DNA of 63,931 nucleotides, the filler included, from Octopus bimaculoides (taxonomy: Eukaryota), in the NCBI RefSeq assembly GCF_001194135.2. It is 7 parts of 7 records of this genome, joined end to end, with 100 filler letters (N's around TTAATTAATTAA, not from the genome) between each part and the next. Parts side by side here need not be neighbours in the genome. Positions count along the whole stretch, not along the records: positions 29,275 to 45,038 come from NC_069006.1; positions 45,139 to 52,890 come from NC_068986.1; 5 more parts are not named here. One strand, written 5' to 3'. The translations under genes were made by a program, and so were the position numbers. Below the pieces are notes generated by a model that was not told where the DNA came from, did not search any database, and saw only the letters and a list, made by a program, of their open reading frames with translations. Below are positions 35,670 to 48,659 of this stretch, in pieces. Position 1 is the stretch's first letter. Each line of letters opens with the position of its first letter.

Positions 35670-36150
35670 ACAATTCTATATATCTGAGATGAAAAAAAAT
35701 ATATATATACTATGTATTAGTCGGAGTGGTGTCTTCATTTTCATTGTTGCATTTGCTACGTCTCGGCTGTGTATGCTCCATTCTTCTTCAGGTGTCTGGT
35801 GATTCACCTTAGTGCCTTTCCTAGGATTGAACTCAAAACTTCTACGTGATTGCACTGCACTAAAATAACGCTTTTGTCCACTACTCTATGTTTGTAGACA
35901 GTGTTAGAGTGAATTTTTAAGGCTTATAAAAGCTCCACTGATTTCTTACGTCAGCTCTGTAGCGATTGCATGATACAATTCTCTATTTCTGAGATGAAGA
36001 ATTTGATATATTATGTATTAGCCGGACTTGTGTTCTCAATCTTGATTGCTGCTTTTGACGTTTTTGGACAGCTGCTGATTGTACGTGTGATATGCCCCAC
36101 AGAAGTGTGATATAATTGACATTTGAGGTTGCATCTTGGGAATTTAAAGG
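35670..36150 (-). mobile_element. Head-to-tail dimer (~306-bp period) of decayed hammerhead-tail elements
   Basis: acaattct..tctgagatgaa...tatgtattag.cgga at 35670 and 35976; minus strand 35752-35796 GACAC-CUGAAGA...CAGCC-GAGAC-GU. Confidence 0.55.
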
Positions 36151-36289
36151 TTTTTTATAGTTTTGTTCATTAAATATTTCGTATATTTCTCCAGCTCTTG
36201 GATTGCAACATCTTAACATTCGAGATGCGACGTGATGTCACAGTCACGAGTCCAAGAAAGGCTACACTTCATATTAATATTATCATCAC

Positions 36290-36460
36290 CATTTCGTCTG
36301 TCTTTACGTTCTGAGTTAAAATTCCACCGAGCTCGACTTTGCCTTTCGTCATTTCGATCTCGATAAAATAAGTACCAATCGAACATTGGGATCGATGTAA
36401 TCGACTTATCCCCTCCTACAAAATCTTTGGCTTTGTGCCAAAATTTTAAATCATCGTTAT
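36290..36460 (+). mobile_element. SINE family B, partial
   Basis: ttacgttctgagttaaaattccaccgagctcgactttgcc...gataaaataagtacc. Confidence 0.75.
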
Positions 36461-36709
36461 TATTATTATTGCTGGCCCAGCAGATGAACTTTATTTAGAG
36501 AAAAAGACTTTCTAATCGCATTCATCACGTCTTCTATTCGGACACGCTGCGTCTCGGGTGAAACATTCCTACGTGTCCTTTCATTATCTTTCAAAGGCGA
36601 TGAGTTGGTCAGGCTGCTACTTCTAACAGCGTAGTAGAGTTCAGCACGAAATCAGGGAGTAAAAAGAGAATGGGGTGGGGCGGAGAATGAACGTGATGCA
36701 TCATAGGCT

Positions 36710-36860
36710 CAGGCGTGGCTGCGTGGTAAGAAGCTTGCTTCCCAACCACATGGTTCCGGGTTCAGTCCCACTGCGTGGCACCTTGGGCAAGTGTCTTCTA
36801 CTATATATAGCCTCAGGCCGACCAAAGCCTTGTGAGTGGATTTGGTAGACGGAAACAGGG
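36710..36860 (+). mobile_element. SINE family A head followed by compound (GATA)(GACG)(GACA) repeats
   Basis: caggcgtggctgcgtggtaagaagcttg...gatttggtagacggaaac. Confidence 0.85.
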
Positions 36861-36987
36861 AAAGCATGCGAAATAAAAGGATATCTATGCGACTTGGATA
36901 GATAGATAGATCGATAGATAGATAGATAGATAGACGGACGGATGGCTGGGCGAACGGACGGACGGACGGACGGACGGATGGATGGGA

Positions 36988-37031
<44 letters not shown>

Positions 37032-37796
37032 TGTGACAGAGACCGAGAGAGACCAGAGTGGACACGAATATTTCAAATAATAGAGAAGAGAGAAAGAGGA
37101 TCAATGAGAAAGAGAGGGGTTACGAAAACAAACTTAAAAAGAGAGAATTATGTGGTTTTGAGAGAGAAGGGAGAGAGGGAGAAAGAGAGAGAGACTATGA
37201 AGAAAAAGAGGAGAGCGACAGAGGGAATAAGGGAGGTTAGGTAAAGAAAACCAGAAAGAGAGAAAGACTAAGAAATGGTGAGAAAGGAAAGAGGAAAATT
37301 ATAGAGATTATAATCCATTATTAACTGCAGCAGGAAAGCAGTTGAATGTTCTACGTTGTTGTTGTTATTGTCACAGTTGTTTTAGCGAGAGCAGTGGAAA
37401 TGCAGTGGAAATGCAGTGGCATAATTAGCAGTAATATTGCAGTTGTAAAAGCAGTAGAATTAGAGACATGATCGATGAAACTGGAATCAATAAAAGCAGG
37501 TGAGCAATATGACAGTGACGGCAGTAGCCGTACAGGGCAGCAGCAGCAGTAGTAGCAGTAGGCAGCAACAACGGTGACACAGGGCAACATCAGCAGCAGC
37601 AGCAGCAGCAGTAACAGCGGCACAATTTAGCATCATCAGCACCAACACTAGTAGCAGTAGTAGCGGCACAAGGCCGCATCACCATCATCACCACCACCAG
37701 AATAAGGCAATAGTGGCAAAAGGCAGCCTCATCGTCACCAACAGCAGCAGCTCTACGCAAATATAACCCAACAACAGCCGAGCCACGGAAGGAGCT

Positions 37797-38480
37797 CTTC
37801 TATATGGCCAGTCGACATGCTAGAAATAACAGCTAAATCTCCCTCGAATCACATGTTCTTTGAGAACATATTCGACAAACAGACGCGATGGTCACAGATG
37901 GAAGATTTTTGGTCATCGGCCTTCTCGATGAGAGCTGAGCCGGGTTCAAACATCATCTACATCAGTGTCCCGTCGGCCTGCTAGAAATAGAAACCAAATC
38001 TCCTTCATGCCGTATCTTAATAGAAGAGAAATGCACATTGGATAGTATAGTCTTAGATGTGCAATGCTTGAATAAAATAGCCAAACAATATGCTGGGATA
38101 GTCACGGCTGGAATACACTTTGATCATAGGTTTGCTCGATCAGAGCTGACCTGGAGCTAAGCAAACAGATGTGACGCCATCATGATGAAGGGACTTCTGT
38201 GTGGTCATTCCACTTACTAGAAAAAGCAGCTAAATACCTCAAATCACATATATATATATTATTTTAAAGATTACATTCAATAATGTAGTCCTAGGTACAC
38301 TATTCTTAAAAACAAGACGAGGTGGTCGTAGGAATATTTTCAGCGCAGGTCTTTTTTTAACCCAGATCTGGTCTTTTTCATACAAATTACATATGAAAAA
38401 GAAGACGAGATGGTCACGGTTGAAGTGCCATTTGATCATGTTTGCTTAATAAGAGCTGGACGAGGGTTAAAATAAACAAC
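37797..38480 (+). repeat. Three diverged tandem copies of an unclassified 160-260 bp repeat
   Basis: ctagaaa.agcagc.aaat.tccctc.aatcac at 37820, 37981, 38217; gatggtcac.g.tggaa...tttgatcat...agagctg in each unit. Confidence 0.65.
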
Positions 38481-38559
38481 CGCAGCAGCAGCAACAACAG
38501 CAACAGCCACCAGCTTCACAAGGGACACGGTAGAGGTCGTCGGAGTAGTAGTGTGAGAG

Positions 38560-38790
38560 AAGGGGAAAAGTGAGAGTAATTATAGAAAGGGAAAAGGGGA
38601 GGAGTGAAAGAGAGAGGAAATAGAGAAGCGAACAGATAGAGTGAGAGAGAGAGAGAGAGAGAGGGAGAAATTTGAAGAGAGATGATAAACAAGGAAGAGA
38701 AGATAAGAATATGTAACAGGATATATATATTAGATAGATAGATAGATAGATAGAGAGAGAGATAGATAGATAGAGAGATAGATAGATATT

Positions 38791-38853
<63 letters not shown>

Positions 38854-39604
38854 GGATGGATAGATCGATAGATGATGTAGAAAGCAACAAGGGAAGAAAA
38901 ATAGGAGCGAGGTGACGGAAAAATTAGTGGAATTTGCAAAGACAGATGAATAGGAAAACTGTAATAATAGCTTAAAATGGAGAGAAAAAGGGGGGGGGGA
39001 ATGAAGGACAATTAGAAAAGAGAGAGGGAGGGGGGAGAAAGAAAATGATAAAGTGAATGAAGGAGAAAGTAAAAAAACGAAAGTAAAAGAAGTGGGGCGG
39101 AGGGGTTTGATGGATGAGTATAGTGTGAGGTGAAAAAGAGAGGAAAACACAAACACATACATATGGCCACACACATACACATACCTCTATATAGAAAGAG
39201 AGAGAGAGAGAAAGAGACGGGAAGAAATAGACAGATATATAGAGAGAGAAGAGAGACTAATAATGAAATAGAAAAAGAAGTAGTAAGACCAATGAATAGA
39301 TAGAAGAGAGAGAGAGAGAGAGAAATATATGGAGAGCAAGAAGAGAGACACATAGTGAGGAAAAGAGAGAAGAAGGGATATAGAGAAGAAGAAGAAAGAC
39401 ACTAGATATATCTAGAATGGAAGAGAAACACAGGGAATCGGGAGACAGGAGAGACGAAGAGACAGATCTACGGAGAAGTGGAAGGAGAAACTGGCAGATG
39501 AGAGGAAAGAGAGACATGTATATGAGATGGGGAAAGGAGAGACAGACGAATATGTAGAAAGAGAGGGGAGAGAGAGTGATGTGACATTTAGAGAGGAGAG
39601 ACAA

Positions 39605-39638
<34 letters not shown>

Positions 39639-39966
39639 GTATATATATATATATATATAAATGGAGAGAGTGAGAAAGAAAGAGAGGGGAGAAAGAGAGA
39701 AACAAACAAAAGAGAAAAAAGGAAAGACAAATATGTATGTGAAAAGGAAAGGAGAGACAAACGAACGTATAAAGAGAGACGTAAGGAGAGAGAGAGAGAG
39801 AGAGAAGTAGGGGCAAATGAAAGAGACAGATACATACAGAAAGAGAGATAGAAGAGACAGATAATTAGAGAGAGAGAAAGAGGAGAGACAGATAGAGAGA
39901 GACAAATAGGAGAAATAAACACATACTGAGAGAGGAAGAGAAGCAGATACATAAGACAGACGTATG

Positions 39967-40004
<38 letters not shown>

Positions 40005-40104
40005 TATGAGGAGAGACTTAACAGATATAGAGAGAAAAAAGCAGACAGACATATATACAGAGAGAGAGGAGAGACAACGCGGGAGAGAGTGAGAGATAGA
40101 GAGA

Positions 40105-40141
<37 letters not shown>

Positions 40142-40591
40142 CAACAGCAACAGCACCGGCAAAAGTAGCCGTAGCATCATCATCATCATTAGCAAAAGCA
40201 GAAGCAACAGCATTCGCAGCAGCGACAGCAGTCTCAACGGTTTCGTGCTAAAGTAGAAAGACATTGCAGTAGTTTGAGGAAAACATAAGGAATTGGTTTG
40301 GAATCAAACCGTAATCCATGAGTGTGTGTGTGTGTGTGTGCGTGAGAGGGAGGAAATAAGAGAGAGACAGAGAGAGATGCAGAGAGAGACGACGAGAGAG
40401 AGAGCAGATGAGAAAGGGAAGAGATAGAGGGGAGAAGGAAGAGGATGGGTAGAGAAAAACGGAGCGGAAGAGGATGTGGTGATACAGAGTTTGAAATAAG
40501 TACGTATGTATTTATGTATGAATGAATGTATGTGTATATATATATATATATGTGTATATATGAATACATGTGAACATCTGTGTATTTACGG

Positions 40592-40626
<35 letters not shown>

Positions 40627-41240
40627 TAAAAGGGACAGAGAAAGAGTTAATGAGACAGAGAGAAGGAGGGGGTAAGATAAAAACGGCTTTGGTAAAAGTG
40701 ATAGAAGAAGAATTAGAGCGAGAGAAAGGGAGGGACAAGATAAAACGGTTGAGAAGGTAAAGAGAGACAGAATAAGAGTAAAAGAGAGAGTGGGAGAGAG
40801 AAAGAGAGAGGGAGAAGACAAAACGTCTGAGGTAAAATAGAGTGAGAGGAAGAGAGGGAAAAAAGAGAAAGGAGGACAAGATAAAAGATCTAAGAAGGTG
40901 AAAGTGAACGAGTAAGAGGAAGAGTGAGAGAAAGAGTGAGAGTGGTAAGCGAAAAGAGAAAGTGTGTATGTGTGAGATAAGGAAAAAAAGTGACAGTGAA
41001 GAAAAAGGAGAGAAAGAGAAGTAGTGTGTGCGTATACTTAAGAGAGAGAGAGAGAGAGAGAGAAATAAGACGGAGGGAAGAGGAGAAAGACGATAAGAGA
41101 GGGGGAGAAGGAGAGAGGAGAGTTTTAGTGTTGAAGTTGCGGTAGTGGAATGAGTGAGTGAAGAAGAGTGATAGTGATAGATAGAGAAAGAGGGGGGAAA
41201 AGAGTGAGAGTAAGAGAGTGTATGTGTCGACGGTGGGGGA
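38560..41240 (+). repeat. ~2.7-kb (GA)-dominated purine-rich low-complexity tract
   Basis: Strong A/G strand asymmetry with embedded (GATA)n, (GA)n, (TG)n and (CA)n. Confidence 0.9.
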
Positions 41241-42090
41241 TAAAGACAAACGCGCTTTTTGGTGGGGTTTTTGTTGGTTGTGTATGCGTCGCTAACGGAG
41301 ACAAAACCATATCACGGTTCTCACTCACGCAGACACACGCTCACTCCGTACGTCCGAGTGAGCGAGTGAGTGAGCGGGCGGCCCCCCGATAATACAGACT
41401 GTAAATAGACAAGATAATATACACACAAACAAGGACGAAAGAATACAAAAAAAAAAAACAACCCATATATACATACATAAACCATATAACATCTATGTAT
41501 ATGAATGTATAGTGCATAGTTGCACAGACATGCCTATATACACATAAGAAAAAGGGAAACCAATTATATAAATGATATATATTTATATACAGTTATAAAT
41601 ATATGTATGTAGATGTACACATATATTTATACACTCACGTCAAGGTGACTATATACAACGAGGAAAATTAATTGCTGAGACGATCGCGAATGCATGTATA
41701 TGTGAAAAGGAAAGTTGAGTGACAAGAGACGAAAGGAGCAAAATAAAAAAAAAAAGATAAATCTACACATATATATACATATATAAAATATATATATATA
41801 TTATATATATATATACACGGGATATCAACAGATCTTTTCTTTTTAAACAAAACGTTTATCATTTTATTACATATTTTAAATCTAAAATGATACCAAGAAA
41901 ATAATATTACTATTTTACTATTATTATTATTATTATTATTATTATCACCAATAATAACAAGCAAAGGAAAATAAGAAAATACACACACGCGCACACATAT
42001 ATATACATATATTTATTTACAAATATATATATTTACATACACATGTAAAAATATTAAATAACAAGTATCTTACAATACAGTATATATTAC

Positions 42091-42125
<35 letters not shown>

Positions 42126-42774
42126 CATACGCATGTGTCTTATATGTATCGTATAAAATATTTGGGAACAACTAAATAGGAAAAAACGTACACACATACA
42201 CATATATTTATATACACACCCATACAACTAAACATATATATACATATGTAAACCACACACACACACACACGTAAAGTAACAGAGAGCGGGCAGAAGATAG
42301 ATACATAGATACATACATATAGATACATATGTATAGATACATAGATACATTTGTATAGTTACATAGTTACATATATATATAGAGAGAGAGATACATAGAT
42401 ACATGTAGATACATATATATATATATATAGATACATATATATNNNNNNNNNNNNNNNNNNNNNNNNNNNNNNNNNNNNNNNNNNNNNNNNNNNNNNNNNN
42501 NNNNNNNNNNNNNNNNNNNNNNNNNNNNNNNNNNNNNNNNNNNNNNNNATATATATATATATATATATATATAGATAGATAGATACATATATATATTTAT
42601 TTATTTATTTACACACACGTTGCCATATATATATATACATTCACGTATAAATAGTTACATATATATATACAGTTGGGAGAGAGGAAAGCGAAGCGATTGA
42701 TCTGGAGTGTAGCAAGCGGAAAGCTCTCAAGATTTCTACCAGAAACACGAAATCCCTTTTTGTATTAAGCAAAG

Positions 42775-42887
42775 ATGGCGGATTTGGAAGCTGTTCTCGC
42801 CGATGTCAGCTATCTTATGGCTATGGAGAAGAGTAAATCTTCTCCGGCCGCCAGAGCTAGCAAGAAAATTGTTCTGCCTGACCCAAG
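42775..42887 (+). CDS. GRK2: G-protein-coupled receptor kinase, GRK2/beta-ARK subfamily, coding exon 1
   Basis: ATG in aaagATGG context; translates [37 protein letters not shown](S), the highly conserved GRK2/3 N-terminus; AG|gtaagg donor after 113 nt, which as I recall matches the vertebrate GRK2 exon-1 boundary. Exact orthology/paralogy is not resolvable from one exon. Confidence 0.95.
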
Positions 42888-43901
42888 GTAAGGTGCTGCT
42901 AACTTGTTGTTGTTTTTCGTTGTTGCTGTTCGTTTTTCTTTGCTGCCATCGCACACACACACACACAACGAATACACATATAGATACACACACATTCAGA
43001 CACTCACACACACACACACACACGCATATCTGTGTATTTATTTATGTAGCAAAAATGTCCGTATGTGCGTACATTTAAAAAATATGTATTTGTATATATA
43101 TGTATACACCATCGTACAACACACAAATACATCTATTTATATGTAGGAATGTATGTGTAGAATGTGCGTATATATATAAATATGTACATGTATATATATA
43201 TATATACATCATATATACATCATCGTACAACACAAACACGTCTTTTCATACATTCATACATATGAATGTGTATATATTTAAATGTAGCTGTATGTGTATA
43301 AAATATCCGTATGTGCGTACATATATATGTGTGTATACATCATCGTACGACACACAAATATATCCATTCAGAGATATATTTATTCTTGTGTGTATATATA
43401 TACATGCGTATGTAAATCATCATACAAATTCATATATTTACACACACACATATATATATACATCTATGTCCGTTTTAAAATATGTATATATATATTTATT
43501 TTACACACATAATACAACAGCTTCATTTATATGTCCGTATCTACGTACATTTAAAAATATCTATACACAACGTTCAATAATAGACACATGTATATATGTC
43601 CGTAAATACGTACATATCTGATGTATACATGTGCGTGGGTGGGTGCACATCAAACTAAACATACATTTACACGCATATATGTACATGATATATATATATA
43701 CAGACACATTTTGTACACACACACATCTATTGTGTACTGTATACACGTCTACATCGTTCACTATATATGCATCTATACATGTATATATCGTATGCATTAC
43801 ATTCATACATATACACACATTTGTCGTATACAATAATATATACATCTATATGTTCGTATCTACCGTATACATTGTACATGTATACATTCACCTATCATGT
43901 G

Positions 43902-43946
<45 letters not shown>

Positions 43947-44185
43947 NNNNNNNNNNATACATACATACGCATACACATACGTATATCGTATACTTTAGGT
44001 ACATCCTATGCCCACAGTCGTATACTATACATTCAGCTATCTACACACATACATGCGTGTATAAACACGCAAACAACTGCATTGTGCATTACATGACATA
44101 TATACACCCGCACACACCCCTGTGTCTACAATCAACGTATAAACGCTCATCAAATACACACACCCCTTTTATTTATATCTATCTA

Positions 44186-44238
<53 letters not shown>

Positions 44239-44487
44239 GCACTGTACATACTTCCTACTATACACACATGCGTTTACATATACGCTTATATTGATATTAC
44301 ACATCAACGTATAAAAACATACATACAGCAACATTATGTTGCCACGCATAAATCTTATACACACCTATTTACACCTGATATATATGTATATAGATAGTCA
44401 TGTATTTACATTGTGCTATACTCATAAATCAACACCCACACATACACATGTACCAATAAACATCTGCATATATACACATGTGGCCGC

Positions 44488-44562
<75 letters not shown>

Positions 44563-44954
44563 TGCAAGTGTATAAGTTGGTTATTTGTCGCGCACATATA
44601 TCTACACACAAACATACTTCTGTGTTGTGTTAGTGTATATGTGTGCGTGTGTGTACGTGTATATGTATGTGTGTATGTATACGTGTGTGTGTACTATATT
44701 CTGTGTACTTTATGGATATATGAAAGAAAGAGATCTTTCACCTTCTATGATGATATAAATTTACACATACACACACACACACACACATTCACACAGACAG
44801 TATTTCCGATCTAACATTTCAATATATTTGCCGTTATCGATATTTAATGTTCGATCAGCATTACTTTAGACTTCCATAACAGATTGTTCCCACTTCCCCC
44901 CATGCCACACACTCACACAAATATGTATACTTGCACATGTCTGTTTACGTATAC

Positions 44955-44992
<38 letters not shown>

Positions 44993-45138
44993 AAATATAC
45001 ATGTATGTATGTATATAAATTCGTATTGTACTTATATGNNNNNNNNNNNNNNNNNNNNNNNNNNNNNNNNNNNNNNNNNNNNTTAATTAATTAANNNNNN
45101 NNNNNNNNNNNNNNNNNNNNNNNNNNNNNNNNNNNNNN

Positions 45139-45170
<32 letters not shown>

Positions 45171-45173
<3 letters not shown>

Positions 45174-45240
45174 AGGGAGAATTCACAAAATAACAAAAGA
45201 CAAAGACAAGTGGTGTAGATGTATTAGTTTAACGCTTCCA
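45171..45240 (-). mobile_element. Short tail fragment related to the sequence at 52000-52077 (probable PLE terminus)
   Basis: Reverse complement gcgttaaactaatacatc...tgtctttgtcttttgtt...gtgaattctccctata aligns with gcattaaacaaatacac...tgtcttcatcttctgtt...gtaaatttgaactata. Confidence 0.5.
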
Positions 45241-45284
45241 CAAAAAGGAACACAGAAAGAAACAAGGAAAGAAAATATATATAT

Positions 45285-45448
45285 ATGATGAGCTTCTTAC
45301 AGTTTCCATCTACCAAATCTATTCACAAGGTTTTGGTTAGCCCAGGCCTATAGTAGAAGACACTAGCCCAAGTTGCCAAGCAAGAAGACTGAACCCAGAA
45401 CCATGTGGTTGGGAAGCAAGCTTCTTACCACACAGCCACTCCTGCACA
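45285..45448 (-). mobile_element. SINE family A head
   Basis: Reverse complement of the family A head. Confidence 0.85.
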
Positions 45449-45600
45449 TACATACATACATACATCATTATTTGATTGAATGCCATGCATCCATTTCCAA
45501 GTAAGTATATAAATATATACATATATATATATGTATGTATGTATGTATGTATGCATGTACTTATGTTCGATTTTAGGATTTCATTTAATATTTTCCTTAC

Positions 45601-45742
45601 CTCCAGGTGGTGCTTTCTTAGGTGGATAAAGAAACCATCTTTTCTTTCCAAAAACAACAGCATTCCAAGCATCAGCATGTTTATGAAAAGTTACCCCAGT
45701 GCCAGTTGATCCAAGGAAAAATAAACTATCATGCAAGTGTTC
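45601..45742 (-). CDS. Internal exon of a JmjC/cupin-domain protein (JMJD8-like)
   Basis: tttcatttcag acceptor and G|gtaagg donor; 142 nt; EHLHDSLFFLGSTGTGVTFHKHADAWNAVVFGKKRWFLYPPKKAPPG resembles the JmjC core of JMJD8-type proteins (G.G..FH.H...G.KRWFLYPP). Confidence 0.85.
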
Positions 45743-45876
45743 CTGAAATGAAATCAACAGCTTCAATAAATACATCAGCACCTATAATAAGCATTCCAAA
45801 CCAAATTCTTTAATGTTAACAACATAGCACATGAAATCAAATTATTTGTGATCTTCCTGGAGGGCATAGGTGAACA

Positions 45877-45929
<53 letters not shown>

Positions 45930-46094
45930 ATCTAGTCAAGAATACAGGACCAATAGATAGATAATACAAAGAAACAACCTTTCTACTACTCCACCCATGA
46001 AAACAGATACACTTTCACAGATACAAACACGAACATTCTCTCAAATGCACTATTCACAGAATCAACAACACACATACATCCATATATGCACACA

Positions 46095-46175
<81 letters not shown>

Positions 46176-46687
46176 TCTTTCTATCTCTCTCAACTCCCTC
46201 TTCTAATACACTTACTCACTGAACCAACAACACTATGCAAACGCCTATTTAAACACATTTTCTCTTTCTCGTTCTCCCTCTCCCTCTCTTTCTCCCCTTC
46301 TCCCATTGCCATTCACATCCATACGACTACATAAATATTAAACCTAAAATAAAAGACAGACAGATCTGAAGCTGACTTGGGAGTAGAGACAGCATGTCTT
46401 TGCAGAAGTTGCAAAAAGTGATAAAGGACTTCAGCAAATACAACTGAATGATTAATCCAACAATTTATTAGTAAGTTGATTAGAAAGTTATCCAACTGAA
46501 GATTAATAACAATAATAAAGAAGTCAAATTAAACCAGTGTCTATGTTTATCATTGACATAATGATTCTATTGAAATTGAAGAAAATTTGTTTCAACCCAT
46601 AAGTTTACATCAAGAATCCTGCAAATTAAATACAAAAACAAAATTTTGTATGTTATATAACTGTAAGAGGCAAACACACATGCGTGC

Positions 46688-46733
<46 letters not shown>

Positions 46734-46740
46734 ATGTAAA

Positions 46741-47975
46741 CAGGCTGTCCCATTCATATTTCTTAATTTACTCTTTTACTATTTATAATAAACTTAAAAG
46801 TAGGATAATGAAATTTGGCACATGTTCTAATGTAAATTTTCAATCCATTGCAGTAATTACATTTCAAAATGACCACCTTTCAACTTGATCATAGCTTGCA
46901 AATGAGTGGTCACCGAGTTGCATGAGTGCCGTACCACCTCTTCATCCAAATTGACCCATGAAAACAGAAGAGCTTTCTTCAGATCTGACACATTTGAATA
47001 GAAGTGAGCAGAAACATTACTCTCTAAGATGGACCAGGTAGCAAAATCCATGGGATTGGTGTCTGGACTTGAAGAAGGCCATATCGTCTTGTCCTGAAAA
47101 CCACTGAAATACTCTTTGCATCACCCCTGTGTCAAATTGGATGTGTGGGCTGACCCAGAGTAACACTTTCTCATCTAACATTTCCACATAAACTTCAATG
47201 TTGACCTTGATGCCAGCATCGATGAACATCAAGTGAGACTTCGACCCATCAGATGCAACTGCAGCCTTCACCATGAGTGAAGTTGGCTTCTGCTGGAGTA
47301 AATGACTGCTGCTATCATCAAGCAAGTTTCCTGCATTATGTGCATAAAGCCTGTCATTCTGCTAGTTGGTATCTGCTTCCACATTGAAGATCTTCACAGC
47401 AGATCAGATCAGCACTTTGTTAGCAGTGTGCTTCATCTCAGCTAACATGGTTTTACCCCTTCTTCATGGAAGCTGCAGAAATTAACTGCTGGGATTGTTT
47501 CTTGTATGCAGTTATCTTTAAATCCTCTTTAAAAATACTGTACATTGACGATTTCAAAATATCAAGTTTTTGCAGTTTTTCTTGCACTCCTATGGGGATT
47601 TTGGTTCATTCACTTCTTCACAGTTTCAACTGTTTGTTTGGAACAAATTGATTGCTTCCTACCAGGAATTGGCTTGCTAGGGATAGTAGCAAACTCCATA
47701 TATCATTTACAGATATTGAACACTGTTTTATGACACACTTTCAACTGTTTTGTTATATCTTTGTTGCTCACTCCAACTGTTTTTAAAGTGACAATCTGGT
47801 TACATTTTGCTTTCGATGCCATGTTTGCTTACAAACCTGTTATAGACAAACAAAACAACAGACACATGAGCAAAAGACATATGCAAATCCATATGTAAAA
47901 TGTAGATAATATTACCTAAACCAATATTCTTTAGGAAGAGTTTTAAACATGGGTAAATCTTTCTGGGACACCCTG
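46741..47975 (-). mobile_element. Tc1/mariner element of maT (DD37D)-like type, near full length, decayed
   Basis: TIRs CAGG(G/C)TGTCCCA; fragments MASKAKCNQIVTLK..., PTSLMVKAAVASDGSKSHLMFIDAGIKVNIEVY, NPMDFATWSILESNV...KGGHFE; stops and frameshifts. Confidence 0.85.
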
Positions 47976-48659
47976 TATATATGTGTGTGTATATATATGT
48001 ATATATATATTCTGAATATTTAAACTCTGTATGTTAATAACTTTGCCATTTTCATTCTATTTTAACTTTTTTCTTCCTTTCTCTCTCCCTTTTTCCTCCT
48101 TAATCCAGCATACCTAATTATAAATCTTTCCTCCTCCTCCATCACTACTGCCTAAAAAACACCTTACCATGCTTCCTTTCTGCTGCTTTCAACTTTCTAT
48201 TAATCTTACCCTACTGATTTTCAAAAAAAACACACTTCTGTAGTCATGTTTACTTTCTCAGTCACTGCCTTCACCACCACCTCATCCCCAAATGTTTCCA
48301 CCGCCATTTCCACCCTACCTTCCATCCTGCCTCTGCTATCTTGCCCATACTTCGCACCACTTCCTACTGCCTTATGCGGGCCACCATTCATTCTAATCTC
48401 TCCAAAATACACACCCTCAACCACCTTCTTCCTCTCACTTATTCCACCTTTTTCCCTGCTGTTCACCATCCATTGCACATTCCTCCTTATGCTTTATCCT
48501 CCACTNNNNNNNNNNCACAACTTCCTCACTTGCCCTAAACCACATAAACTCCACTCACTCTTTCATCCTGTCCCACCCAATGGCACTACACCCACCCCTC
48601 CCTCCCCAATCATCTCCCTCATCCTTACTCCCACCTTTCCATTACTCCAGCCCTCCCAC

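Noticed and set aside
38467-41249. Long L/S/F-rich minus-strand ORFs up to 335 aa
   Set aside because: Translation of the (GA)n low-complexity tract, which lacks stops on that strand.
43100-44814. Y/I/H/T-rich ORFs up to 227 aa (also 54825-55889, 354 aa)
   Set aside because: Degenerate (TA)/(CA) microsatellite; no real protein signature.
46313-46495. Minus-strand 60-aa ORF near the JmjC exon
   Set aside because: Possible acceptor but no JmjC-like residues and no convincing donor.
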